Shown: positions 48,453 through 61,623 of the stretch, in pieces
Position numbering within the stretch: position 1 is the stretch's first letter
How the letters are laid out: every line of letters starts with the position of its first letter
Source: Fistulifera solaris
Taxonomy: Eukaryota
Length of the DNA: 64,000 nucleotides
Assembly (NCBI GenBank): GCA_030295235.1
Contig: AP026162.1
Span: forward strand, 2,356,001 to 2,420,000
Direction of reading: 5' to 3'
Position numbers and translations under genes: made by a program
The notes under the pieces: model-generated
What the model was told of the DNA's origin: nothing
The model's input: only the letters and a program-made list of their open reading frames with translations
Database searches by the model: none

Positions 48453-51400
48453 TTATGTGCACTCGAAAGCCTGTGGTCTGACAGATGCATTACCTCCAAC
48501 GAGCTTAACCAGATTGTCTTTGTCAATAAACTCCTGCAAGTCTCGAAATTTTCTGAGAAAATGGATTTTATCTCTGGTCCGGGGAGACTTGATCACAACT
48601 GACGCTGCCAGAGTCCCACTCAGAACGGTCTTTATCATGGCTTTCCGGTCGTGGCCCACTACAACCAAAGCCTTGCTTAGTCTTTCAGGATAATGTTTCA
48701 TAACAATATCAATCAGACGCAAAAGCACTCTCCTGTTGCTATGCGTGTACCACTTCTCGGCGTTATGATGCACACGTGGGTTGTAATCGGCGAGGTCATT
48801 GTTTACGCCATTGACAGTAGATGCATCGTCGTCTTTCGTGTCTAAGTCTTCACCAGCTACATCATTTCCATCCGAGTGGCGTTTTCGTCGAATACCGGCG
48901 ACTATTACTACAGTGCACTGAACTCGTGGATTGTTTCTAGCAAAAAGTTCAGGCTCGCTTCCAGACGGTGTAGAACAGCTGCAATAGTCGCGTCTTCATT
49001 TTTTCTCCAAGGACCCAAGCAGATGTTACGGAAGTAGAAGACGGGATTGCCTTCCATATCTTTGCCTTGATGGAAAAATTGACCGCTTTGAAGCTCTACC
49101 CGACATGCCTTCGCGTTTATTGGAAAGGTCAAATTTCTCCAGCAGGTACTTTGAACGATGTGCACAGCTGCAAGCTTGATACTACCATCCGAGCCAATTA
49201 AGTAACGACGAATGTCATCGCGAGTTAGCATTTGTAGAATTGGTTTCTGTAAGAATCCATCAGGACTATCTTCTGGATACAGACAGTCGTCTCTACGGAC
49301 AGGAATAGTCACGTTTCTGAAGCAATCAATGACCTCACTGATAGCACGTTCGAGGAGATTAGCAGTACGTGTTGCCTCTGGATGGTTGCTTGTAGTGTGA
49401 AAACTCTCTGACAACGAAAGCTCATCGGATTGGTGATGCACCAAAGCATATTCTCTTTGTCGTTTCGCCCTTAGCGATTGAAATGCTTCCAAAATTGGGT
49501 CTACCAGCAAAATTTTGAAAAGAGTTCCGATGTCACTTGTCTTCCGCTCACAGTTTTCAATTGCTCGATACTTATCGAGGAGGATATCGTTGTCAGTGAT
49601 ATATTTCAAGGGAAGAGAACAATCTTCAAGTTTGTACGAAACAATACGAATAGACCCCACAGCTCTTTCTGGCACTTCATCGCTCTTCATCCCGGCAATT
49701 AAATACGTGAAATCAGTTACATCATTAGAAAACCCGTCGCATTCCATATAGCAGATCAGAAATCTAGCAAGTAGACTATTTTTGCGTCGAGACTTCAAAT
49801 GTGTTGAACAAGCAACATAGTTCGTTGGCATTTTCGCGTCCTCCTGTAAGGCTCCTCCAAAATGATGAGTATCACCACATTCGGAGAGATTGATTGGCGG
49901 TATCGTACTGCGCTTACGAGAGGATGATGGGGCTCCTACTGAGCTTCGCCGGCGATGGGTAATTCTCATCATGAAAGACAGAAAGGAGAGCATGAGACGA
50001 GCAAGCCACGACAAACGCTGCTGGTCAATACCCAGCTGTAAAGCACATTCGAGTCGCTGCCTACGCTCTTCGGCACTTCCTCGAACAAACCGATCGACCT
50101 GTAAAATTGTGTCTGCGTGAGAACAACTCGCATGGCAGCAGCAGAACCACCGATTGGAGACCACAATAAAACGATTTGCTTACATTCCGGTCGAACGTTG
50201 AATCAATTCCTTCGGGTAGAGATCGCACGAGTACTTGTACATTGGCAATGCTCCGCCGCCCTTCCGCGAAATAAACATGAACAAAGAAATGATGCGATGG
50301 ATGCTTTTGCACCAACTTTGTAAGGCTGGGAATGGCGGCGACAGGATCTAGGTTGGGTTGCAGCGGATAATCGCTCCAATTCGGATCCCAACGAAACGAA
50401 TGCATTCCCACCAGCGCATAGCCCTGATACTGGCTTGAGGAAAGAGGAGCGACACCGTTCAATCCCATGTGCCACCACCGTGATTCTTTCAACTGCTCCT
50501 TGGTTCTCACAGGGCACAATACATCCCGCGATACGGTGGGCTCGTAATATTCATTCTTGGCATTTACATCATGCCTTACATTTTCCTGATTCTCATCACA
50601 AGCTAATCGCTTCTTCCAATAGGGATCGATGGGTCTTTTTTCTAACTTCCATCCCAAATTGGCGACTTTTCGAGCTTCTACGTATGCTTGTACCCACCGC
50701 GCTGCTTGTGCTACCTGTTTCCGCAACTGCAGTAATTCTTCCATCCGCTCACGAGAAACCGAGGAATGAGGTGTAGCCGTTTCTTTTACAATCGGTACGA
50801 AGAGACGAAAGAAATCCACGACCCCTAATAGCATTCGTTTTCCAACATATTCTGGTTTCAATCGGGAAGATGCCTCGTCTTTAGGATCCACTGGAGCCGT
50901 CGAAGCCCCCGTTTTTCCCGACCGGCGAACCCACCACAATGCCTCCAGACGCAAGCGAATGGTCGAATGATGCATCCCCAAACAACGCATGGCATCATCC
51001 CAACAGACGCCACTGGGTTCGGTCGAAATACTGGGGAGGACTGTCGTATCGGAAGAGGGTGGCAGGTGAATGGACGCATCGTGCAGCACCACTTCCTTTC
51101 CTTCGTACGCCATACTCCCCCGATGAACCAATTCCAAGGCTTCATACAAGGCCAACAAGGGTGCTCCCACAAATTGCAGCGCCAGTAAATCGGCTTGAAA
51201 TTGCGCGGCCACGGCCGCCGAGGGGAACGTATGTTCCTTCCATTCGTCCCGGGGTGCCCCTATGCGATACAATTCCAAAATCCCACTTTCGACGGGTGTC
51301 ACGACATGAATGCCGATTTGATCCACCTCGAGGGTCCGTCCATCCTCGAACGCCATAGTGCGTTGGGGTATTTGCAAGACAACCGGTTGTTGCAAATTCC

Positions 51401-51941
51401 ATATAGTATCGGGTGGCAACAATCGACGACTGGCTTCCGTCCACGTCGGCGGTGGTACCATGGTTTCGTACCGAATGGTTTGTTGAACCGGGCCTCCGGG
51501 ATATTGAAACCGACACGCCAACGATTGTGGCATTCGTTGGTGGGAAGGATCCCAAGGATCGTCTTCGTGAGGATCTTGTTGATGTTGTAAAAAGGATCGC
51601 ATCAGATTCATGCTATCGGCACGTCGACGACGGCGATGATAAGAAGACGAAGAAGAAGAGTCCAGTTGCTTTCGTCCTCGTTTATGATAGTTCTTTCCCC
51701 AAAATAATGCAAAACATCCTACGACGAACAGCAGAAAACTACCCCCGATGACGGGCCATCCCGACACATGGTCAGCGTGTATACCGATAGCGAGGCGTCT
51801 CCAAAAGGGCAGCGAATTATCTACTGCTATCACGAGAAAAAGCTCCTGATTGTCTTCTTCTGCAAGACATGATTCAAGAAGTAGATTGCTGGATGAATGG
51901 TTGTGCATTACAGGAAAATGAGAAAGGACCGACGACGACAT
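48453..51941 (-). CDS. Membrane protein with DUF1336 (EDR2 C-terminal)-like and CRAL-TRIO/Sec14 domains
   Basis: N-terminal TM and an intron about 50181-50101. DFTYLIAGMKSDEVPERAVGSIRI resembles the DUF1336 end. DIRRYL, QFFHQGKDMEGNPVFYFR and HYPERLSKALVV..TRDKIHF..LQEFIDKDNL..LVGG mark CRAL-TRIO. Frameshift near 48910. Confidence 0.7.
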
Positions 51942-52463
51942 TCTGTATTGTATTTTGGGTCAAAACGAGCCCATAGGTATTCCTACTTCCTATCCCGTCT
52001 CCTTACAAATACAATGTTGTTATGTAGAACGATGGATCCATACAGAGACGTGATATTCTTTGGATATACTTTCTAATGAGATTATACCTGTATTATTTTA
52101 TTGTTTTGTTTTTACTTTTGTAATGCAACGGCGATCGAGGTATCGTACTCCCGGGACTGAACTATCGAATCGCGAGCTGCCTACGCTTCATTCTGTAGCT
52201 CTGGTACGCATACGTGGGATGATTCCTTCCAAACGCTGGCAACGAACTTCCACAAAATTATTACTCGAGTATCCACAAGAAGGACATTGACGCATGGCAA
52301 AGATTATGGAGATATGATGATTCGAAAAGCGCTTTTTAAACAGAAGGGAAAGCAGAGTGTCTCCTTTGGATTTTTCTGTTTAAACCTTATTGGGGTCCCG
52401 TAACCCCTACACATTACTCAGCAGTGAACTTCGATGAACTTTTTGTAACGAAACACAATGAGC

Positions 52464-53346
52464 TAAGGACGTATAAAAATGTAAGGACGTGGAGCGTTTC
52501 TGGAGGTTTTGACACCCTGAGCGCTGAATCCCAGTCCGTCATGACACCGTTTTTCAGTACATTTCTACAGCACGTCTTGATTTTCGTACATGCGATAATT
52601 ACCGGACCTGAGGAGGAGAAAACGCATCTTCATTACGTGAAATAACACGTGCAACCGACCATATTGTATTCGACTATTTTATATTGATTCTCAACTATCT
52701 TTGAATCTAATTTTTGTTTTAATCTACTTTAAATAATATTGGAATGTTGTGGTATGCTTGTTGTTCCAGGAATCAATGAAATAGCGGCTCATTAAGAAAA
52801 TTTGGCTGTTATTGCATGCACTCCTACCTTTATAAATGCACTTATTGAATCGTCTGGGGGTAAACTCCTGTATATTTTAATAGGAAAATGAAGTTTAAAA
52901 GCTATATTGTCAGTTTAATCAACTGCATCGCCATTTACCGGTTCCGCTGGTTGTGTGAACCTTGCCCATGGTCGGGGCTGGAGAATTGTTGAGAAGGCAC
53001 TAGTTCAATTGTAACCTTTTCGGTCGACCACAGAAGTATTTTCCGACCGGACCTCTCAATTGTCCTCAACTAGTGACTATAGAAGCTTTGTAGATTAAAA
53101 GATAACAATAACAATACATATTTCGATCAAAAGAGATCGTTTCTGTTGTGGTCCAAATTGCGCGCTTTTTCACGTAAATGAAGGCTCGTTTTCTCCACCG
53201 GGGTCCGGAAATTATCGCATGTACGAAAAATAACATGGGCAAAAAAACGGTGTGATAACAGACTGCGATTCAGCGCTCAGGGTGACACGGATCTATCACG
53301 GAGCTTGTGCGTGCGCCCAGCGTCCTTACATTTTTATACGTCCTTA
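52464..53346. mobile_element. Non-autonomous DNA transposon (883 bp) with ~190-bp imperfect TIRs and target-site duplication
   Basis: The ends TAAGGACGTATAAAAATGTAAGGACG / CGTCCTTACATTTTTATACGTCCTTA form a perfect 26-bp inverted repeat, and similarity continues to about 52655/53155. The flanking direct repeat CAATGAGC is at 52456-52463 and 53347-53354. The core is AT-rich and non-coding. Confidence 0.92.
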
Positions 53347-53676
53347 CAATGAGCAACAGATCGGAAAATCATCGGAATGCGTCCTCTTGACTAGTGACTC
53401 GTGACTAACAACCACGATCCCGACTGATGTACATATGGTACCCAACCGATACATTCTCACGATCTGTAGATATTACATTTCAATAACAAGGTATCCAATG
53501 TACTAGTTACAAAACATGCTCTTCATCACCTTTAAAAAGGGCTTCGCATGGGAATCTTTTACTTTTTTCTTTTGTTCGCATCCTCTTTTTAGCTCCATTG
53601 TTCGTTATAATGGAGGGGGTGTCAATGCAAGCGAACACTTGTCAAAGCAATCCTTAGCGCAAGTCGTTTGGTTAGA

Positions 53677-54576
53677 ATGCCGTTCTTGTATAACAATCAC
53701 CACAAAGTCTATAGTCGCTTCTGGCTCACCCTTCTATTTTACTCCTTTCTGTTATTACTGATTTATCCGAATCATTCCGTTTTCGCACAACCTGCTTTTC
53801 AGTTTTCCAACAGCAATAACAACAACAATATGAAAGCTTGGACGTGTCACGGTCGCAATCAACGCGAATTGGTCGATCATTTGCGACAAGCTCAGATTAT
53901 ACAATCACCGGCCGTTCAACACGTGATGGAACAAATCGATCGGGCCCATTATTGTCCCACACCGGCAGCGTATCAAGATGCACCCCAACCCATCGGACAC
54001 GGACAAACGATCAGTGCACCGCATATGCACGCACATGCCTTGGAGGAATTGTATCAGGCCTTATCGAAACGACGTCAACAGACGACCGCACCCTTGAACG
54101 TTTTAGATGTCGGATGCGGATCCGGGTATTTGACGGCCTGTTTGGGGCAGTGGATGCAATCGTCGTCGTCACTCGGTCCCGGACGTGTGTTCGGTATGGA
54201 CATTCATTCCTTTTTGGTCGAACAGACGCGTCACAATCTACAAAAACACAATGGTGATTTATTGAACAACGACATTATACAACTACAAGTCGCCAACGGT
54301 TGGGAGGGATGGCCCAGTGAAGCACCGTTTGATGCCATTCATGTCGGAGCCGCGGCCGAAACCTTTCCTTGGACATTGGCGCGACAATTGCAATCCGATG
54401 GGGGTGTCATGATTGTGCCCATTGCGTCTTCGGAAGATAACAGTGTGCAACATTTGTACCGCGTGGTGCGTTGTTCGGAGACGGATGAGTCCGGGGAGGA
54501 ATTTCGCGTCACGCAATTGTTGGGAGTCCGCTACGTTCCTTTGGTGCAGCCGCCATCCCGAGAGGAGAAATCCTAA
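53677..54576 (+). CDS. PCMT1: Protein-L-isoaspartate O-methyltransferase
   Basis: AWTCHGRNQRELVDHL, YQDAPQPIGHGQTISAPHMHA, VLDVGCGSGYLTA, APFDAIHVGAAA and GVRYVPL. The N-terminal extension is hydrophobic. Confidence 0.92.
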   Translation: MPFLYNNHHKVYSRFWLTLLFYSFLLLLIYPNHSVFAQPAFQFSNSNNNNNMKAWTCHGRNQRELVDHLRQAQIIQSPAVQHVMEQIDRAHYCPTPAAYQDAPQPIGHGQTISAPHMHAHALEELYQALSKRRQQTTAPLNVLDVGCGSGYLTACLGQWMQSSSSLGPGRVFGMDIHSFLVEQTRHNLQKHNGDLLNNDIIQLQVANGWEGWPSEAPFDAIHVGAAAETFPWTLARQLQSDGGVMIVPIASSEDNSVQHLYRVVRCSETDESGEEFRVTQLLGVRYVPLVQPPSREEKS

Positions 54577-54624
54577 TCCGGTGCATAACTGCTTATTCAA
54601 AATAACGATATCCTTTGCTTCTCT

Positions 54625-55835
54625 TTATGCACAAAAATAACGATTCGGATAAAACCGTAAACTTTCCAAAGTCTCATCTCGTACCCACGAACCGCTTCGT
54701 TCCACGAGTTTCAATTGTTCCATGGCCAATACGGCCGAAATGCGCCAATACCGACTCACATCCAGGGCCGTCAACGATGCCAACGCATGATCGTGCAACA
54801 ACTGCGTGAGACGTTCTTGCAAATGCACCGGATCCGCGTATTGATCGTTTTGTAAGACCACCAATCCACTCGGTAACGTCGCGACCGAAATTCCCAACTG
54901 CAACGAGTGACACTGTTCTGCGGCGGCCCGAAAATCATCCGGTGACAACAAATGCGTCGCCCGGGCCCGATTGTACAAGCAATAGACGTCGGTCAAGGTC
55001 ATGACCGGATGTTGGGCGGTCAAATGGGGACGCACAAAATCGGTCAATTCTCGCGCCAATTGCGTATCATTTGGCGTCAACGCCGACGTCATGCCCATGT
55101 GTTGCAACATGCCCACCAATTGTTGAGTTTCCTTGTCTTGCGCATTGCTGAATTCATGTTGTCGTTCCAATGTCGCGACATAGTGTTGAATGATCTGCAC
55201 CAACCCCTGCGCTTCTTTGAGCAAAAGTTCCGCATCCCCTTGAAAGGCTGTTTCGGCCAATTGTGCCGCATGTTCATGGCGTCGGGTATCCGAAGTCAGT
55301 AACGCATCCAATCCGACGCGACGCCGGGGTGCGGTTTGGATGGTATTCAGCGTTGGAGTCTCCCATCCTCGCCGTGACACGACTTTTTGATACGCAGAAA
55401 AACATTCGTCCCGTTTCTTGGCCGCCCCGAAAACAAGACACAATTCTCCCATGGCCGCCGTTTGTAAAATCAATTTGGGTGATTTTTGAAACAAACCTCC
55501 GGCGGATTCCGTGTTCAATTGCAACAATTGCGAATGATGCAAATACCGGCCTTGGCGTTGTTTCGACGCAGTTTCGGACCAAAAGACGGTCCGATGTGTC
55601 GTCAATTGCATCATTAGTTGTGGGGTGCGATCCTTCCAGGGTAAATTTGATTTGGCGACATCGACGTGATGTTTTTCGTTCAAAGGCACCAGGGGTTCGT
55701 CCGAGGCGCGCAATTCAATTTCAAGGACCAGTAAAACTTCGACTTCTTGGGATTCTTTTGCAACAATCCTGCGGGTGTTTGTTCGGCCACTACCAAACAA
55801 TCGAACGGTGAATAATGTTGTTGTGTAGTTGTCAT
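54625..55835 (-). CDS. VPS36: ESCRT-II subunit VPS36 (frameshift near the 5' end)
   Basis: GLUE-like LTTHRTVF..SPKLIL, VGLDAL, AFQGDAELL and VMTLTDVYCLYNRARATHLLSPDD, ending VRDETLESLRFYPNRY. Confidence 0.85.
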
Positions 55836-56139
55836 GTGATCAACTTTGGATGCTATGAATACGAATTAAGGAAGAAACATCAAGAGTGTAATCATGAGCA
55901 TGTTGGAAAAGTGAGTTGTCTTTCGTGTTTGTGTCGTGTTTTCTCTCGACGCAGCGACCAAGACGAGCGAGTACCGATACGGTTCAGTGACGATCCAAGG
56001 CTGCGATCTTCACTTCAATTTCGCTGACGTCATAACGCAGTGAGAAAAAGATCGAGGAGCCAAAATTTTGTTATTCTTTTGCGTTGCAATCGAACGAAAA
56101 CAATCCTATCCATAGAACGATCTTAACCATCCACACACA

Positions 56140-57359
56140 ATGAGATTCAAGGTATCCTTGTTACAGAAAACAAGACAGACGTTCCAGGCGGTGCAGCGTC
56201 TACAATCCACAGCTACAACTGCCGCACAACAATACACGTGGGCCGATCCGGCCCGACGGCATTACAAATTCTGGAATCGGGAAACGGATGTGACGGGACA
56301 GTATTCGTATTTGATTGGAATCAGTCCGGAATCTTTGCAAAGAGAAGCGCGCATTGTGGCGTTGGGGAGTGATGAAGCCGATGAAGCCTTGCATCAGGGT
56401 CCCTTGCCATTGGGGGCGTCTCTACTCGGTGTCGGTACTACCGTCGAAGAATTGCAGCAAAACGTCGATAAAACATCACCCAACGTCTTGTTTGTGTCAC
56501 CCAATTGTCCGCATGCGGCAACCGTCTTGCCACAAGTCTTACAAGCATTTCCCTCCATTGAATGGGTCCATTGTCGTTCGGCCGGCATTGATTTCATTGA
56601 ATCGGAAGAATTGGTGCAACTCTACACACACCGCTTGCAGTCGCCAAAACCACTGCAAATCACCAACGCCAAGGGGCAATTCAGTAGTAGTTTGGCCGAA
56701 TATGCCCTCATGGCCTGTGCGTATTTTGCCAAAAATTTACCTCTACTGTTACAAAAACAACAAGAACGATCGTGGCACAAATACAATGTCGAAGAATTGC
56801 GCCACAAAACTATGGGCATTGTTGGATACGGGGATATTGGGCGGGCCGTGGCCAAATTGGCGACGGTCTACGGGATGCGCGTGATTGCCTTGCGACGACA
56901 TCCGTTCTTGTCGCGCGATGATCCCTATTGCAATGTCGTGTACGGACGGGACCAAGAGTCCTTGCACCAATTGATGCGGGAATCGGATTATATTGTGTGT
57001 TCCGCGCCATCGACGGTGGAAACGCGGGGTATGGTCAGTGCGGAAGCCTTTCAACACATGAAACCGAATGCTGTCTTTATTAATCTAGGACGAGGCCCCG
57101 TGATTGATGAAACGGCTTTACAAAACGCCCTGCGCGAAGGAAAATTGAAAGGTGCCGCTTTGGATGTGTTTGTGGAAGAACCACTTTCGACCGACTCGCC
57201 CTGGTGGGATACTCCTCATGTTTTGATCAGTCCCCACAATATGGATCAAACGGCCACATTCATGCACGAAGCGACCGAATTCTTTTGCGCGAAAATCTGC
57301 CCCGTTTCTTGTGTGGAGAAGATTTGTTGAATCCCGTCGATCCGGTGTTGGGGTATTGA
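56140..57359 (+). CDS. D-isomer-specific 2-hydroxyacid dehydrogenase (frameshift near 57288)
   Basis: WVHCRSAGID, SLAEYAL, MGIVGYGDIG, FINLGRGPVIDE, GAALDVFVEEPL and SPHNMD. The shifted frame ends ENLPRFLCGEDLLNPVDPVLGY*. Confidence 0.9.
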
Positions 57360-57649
57360 GTGGTTGGATGTTTTATGATAGACTATAGTGGAAACGGAAA
57401 GTGTTGATTCCAAGACGCTAGCGGTTTAATCTAGCATTGCGTTTATGTAAAAAGTTTACTGTGATCATTAATTTTCTTTATAGTGCAGGAAGAAAAGCAA
57501 TGAGGCAGAGATCCAGTCGAAAGCTCCATTGAGACACAGGTCTGTTGCTTATAAAGCCGATCTGAGCCTTTTAAGGCGATTTCCAGCTTAAAGGCTAGCC
57601 GAACGGGAAACAAAATTTGAAAAATTTCATCCCGGGCCCGGCGATCGAT

Positions 57650-58554
57650 TCACAAAGCTGCGTTTTCGGCATTTTTAGATCGTGCTAATTCGTCCATGAC
57701 ATACAAAAGAGAGAGGCTATGGAGGTGATGTTTCGACTTCCACATCAAAAACGGCAGGGCAAAATTAAGACATTCCTCGTCGTGGGGTCTTTCGCATTGA
57801 TGATCCAACATGTCGATCTCCGGTAAATCATCTCGAGAAATCCACATTCGAGATCGCAGCTGGGTTCCTTCGGCGGAGTAATGCAGCTTTAAAGATTGTG
57901 GATGATGCACCAGACTGACCAACGTTACACGCAAACCAGCGGTCACATGATCTTGTGTGACATTCGTGACATGGCTCGCATTAAGATGAATTAAAACATC
58001 CGTCGAGTCGTCGTTCATTTTCCGAATCCAATCATGACCCCATCGGACGAGAAGGCCCAAGTCAGCGTCATCCGGTTCTCCGTCGATGGCAAGGTCACCG
58101 GCGGGATGGCTAGAACCGGTTGGTGAAATATAATCCGCAAGAAAGCCTTGCCATAAGAGCTCGTTATTGCAAGCAAATTGAGCAAAAAGAGATACTTCTT
58201 TCCGCCGCGAAGCCCGTCTACTAGATAGGGAATGTTCCAATGAAGATGAGGATAGTGACAATCGTTGCAGAAAACGCCCAGATTTTCATGTTGTTCTGCC
58301 TGTCGCGTCATTTCGGTAGCGAATCGACGGCATCGCTCGAACGCCAGAACTCGTTGACGCAGAGGGTACATCCATTGCTGCGGCTGCTGCAAGGCTTCTC
58401 GTTCTTCAAATTCACGTTGAAGAACATTGCATTCCGCATTTGGATCATGTAGATTGCGACACACGAGACCCACTCGCCACAGATCGTCTGTCGTCAGGAA
58501 TTTCAGGATACCAGCTTTCAATAGATGGTCGGGCAAATCCAGCAAAATCATCAT
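57650..58554 (-). CDS. F-box domain protein (frameshift near 58230)
   Basis: N-terminal LLDLPDHLLKAGILKFLTTDDLWRVGLVCRNLH F-box pattern, continuing into ORF 57650-58261. Confidence 0.6.
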
Positions 58555-59472
58555 TGTTGTATTGCGCGGATGAGCCGCGGAAACAAGCGAAAGAGAAAGT
58601 ATCGCATACAATAACGGCTGTACGGCTCCCCCCGGTTGTAAGGCCTTTGTGAGCCTTCGTAACGTAGATAGTCAGCTGAATGATTGCTTCCGGCGCTTTT
58701 TGCGGGAAAATAGTTTGGATTTTGGATGCAATGAAAGCAATAATAAAAATTGCACGGAGGAAATTACAGAATTTTACTCTACGGTAAAATGTAGAGGTGA
58801 CGCGACTCAACCCAGTCCCTGTCCCGGAGTAGCCTCTACATACAGTACTTCGTATCTCGACTGAATCGATCCCTCTTGATCAGGAGACCCAGCATTAAGT
58901 GGAACCGCAATGTAAACAACAATAATGATCCTAGCGTTGAAGATCGAGGGAGTTGTTATTATTCATGTTTGGTTAGAGTTTATCACGCCGGGTGGCTTCG
59001 CTTGAAACAAGCTCGACGCGAAATAACCCCACGAATCGGAGTCCCGTGTTTAACACATTGATTAATAGGTTATGGCCTATGTCTAAAAAAGACTTTTACG
59101 TAGCTGCACATCCGCTGATCTTGGCGCACCTAGAGGCACACGTAGAGGAAAGGGCCGTAAGTTATCCGAAGGAGTCCCAAAGACGGAGGCGACTTTTTTC
59201 CCAGTGGACTAATTTTAATTAAAGTTGCGCGCAAATTTCAAACAAAGATATTTGTATTCAACGCGACAAGCCTAGTAATTGCTGCGGTGAACTCACTTTT
59301 CTTGGTAGAATGATTGTCGTGTTGCGTCGAAGCTAAAATACAAGCCAGTTTCGATCTAACTAATCAGCACCCCGTAAACCATATTCTGACTTACTAATCA
59401 CGTAATTACTGTATTGTATTCTTGACCTAGAGTAGTATGATAATTCCTCACTTATTTATTTTCCACAGTTGT

Positions 59473-61289
59473 TTAACCGCCACCACGTCCTTTCATGTAA
59501 CTGACACCGGGCGCCAATTTACCCGATCGTGGCCCATTGCTTTGTGCCGTTTGCATGGCCGTATTCATCATATTGCTCATGGTGGGTGCTCCACCACCGC
59601 CCATCATACCCGTCGCTTGTGCACCCGGATCTTGTGACGGTGCCGCAATGACTGTTTCATCAATGGACAAGATGACACAGGCAGCTTCGGTCGCCGCATC
59701 CAACGAGTGAATCTTGTTGTCGCTGGGTTCCCATACACCCGATTCCATCGTATCACACGTCCCACCGTTCGTCAAATCAACTCCGTACCAACTCACTGCC
59801 CCGACATTCGCATGTTGACGACGCAAATCAGCCAAGACTTCGGTCGGATCAAATCCCGCATTATCGCACAACTGTCGCGGAATGACTTCCAAGGCCTTGG
59901 CAAAGGCCAAATAAATCAATTGTCCTTTTCCCGCAATTTTCAGTGCTTCTTGTCGCAAAATGCTGGCCACGTGCATTTCCACGGCTCCACCACCGGCCAC
60001 GACCGTCTGTGACACAATGGCGCGTTTGACCACCTCCAACGCGTCATGGACACTGCGTTCCGATTCCGCAATGAATTGTTCCGTCCCACCCCGTAACACA
60101 ATTGTCGAAGTCAATTGGACGGGACATTCGGTCAATACATTGAAACGGGCGTCACCGACTTGTTTTTCCTCAAATACTCCGCACGTTCCCAACACGGCAC
60201 TCGACAATCCCTGCGTCGTGGTTTGAATGGCACCACCGGTCGCTTTTGCGACGCGTTTCAAATCGGCATCGGGCACGCGTCCGGCACAAAAGAGACCGCG
60301 ATCCAAAAATACTGCGTCGCCAAATCCCCAATGGGCAATTTGGACAAGACAATGTTGGCGCCCGTGGCGACACAATGTTCCAATTTTTCAAAAATCACGT
60401 CCCATTCGGCATCGACAATGGCTTGATAATCGGCGGGACTACTGATGCGGACTTCGGCATTTTCTTTTTCGGCCTTGAGTTCCAATTCGACATTGAGCAG
60501 CAAGAGACGCGCGGGCGCAAAGCGTTTCGTCATTTGTTCAAAGCCCGCATACGAAAACGTCTTGGCAAAGGCGACGCCGCCTTGGACCAAAAACGATTGA
60601 CGGACATCGCCGCCGGGAATTTGTTTGATGGTGATGTACTGATCCATTTCGTCCAAGGCACCGGCGTCATGTAAAGTCGTCACGGCATCGACGACCATGG
60701 GAGCGAACAAATCTTGATGATTGGCAATGAGTTTGGAATTGAGGGCCGTGGAAGCAGTTTTGAGTAACGTTTCGCGGGGATTGGATGGTTGGACGGCCAT
60801 GGCTCGGACCGTCTCGACGGCGAGACGTCCCGCTTGTTGGAGATACCGCACCAACAATTGCGGATGGACTCCTTCTTCTATCAAAGGCTTCAATTGCGAC
60901 AACAATTCGGCCGCCAACAAGACAACACTGGTGGTTCCATCCCCGACTTGGACATCTTGACTGATACTGATATCCACCAACGTCTTGGCGGCGGGATGTT
61001 GGATTTCCAACAATCGCATCAAGGTGGCGCCATCGTTGCTGATCGTAACTTTGTTTGCGTGTGCAATCAATTTATCCCGGCCGGCGGGGCCCAAGGTCGT
61101 TTTGACGGTATCTGCCACGACTTGACAGGCATTAATATTCGAAATCAGTTGGGGAATTCCCTACAGAAGAATGTGAGTCAAAAATTGGATCAAAGATGCC
61201 AGCGAAGACGCTCTGTGCGAACGCACCTGTGAAGTATCCGTTCCTTCTCGTAACAGAATAATACCGGGTCTCATTCCCATATAATTCAT
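59473..61289 (-). CDS. CCT7: T-complex protein 1 subunit eta, 2 exons, frameshift near 60305
   Basis: IILLREGTDTSQG(intron)IPQLISNINACQVVADTVKTTLGP, SNDGAT, GDGTTSVV, KTFSYAGFEQ, LELKAEKENAEVR and VLSKLPIGDLATQY. Confidence 0.95.
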
Positions 61290-61623
61290 GTTGATTACTA
61301 GTAGTAGGAGAAATTATTAGAGAGGATAAAGGGAAAAGGAATGAATAAATATTCGAACAGCAACAAGAATGAAGGAAAAAAGTGTTGTTGTGTTTTTTGT
61401 TTTTGCGGAGAGCGCAAGGACCGAGGACGCTCGAAATGGCGATGGAATCTGGAATCTTTTTGTCCCAAAGAAGCGAAATTTCTATGTGTCTGTACGTGGT
61501 ACGTCGAAGAAACGTCACTTTCGCATCAACTGCACCTATAACTCATTGACTGCAACAACAAGCAACCGGCCATCACCATGGCGCCATTCTTCGAAACAAT
61601 AAGAATAATTCCTATCTACCAAA

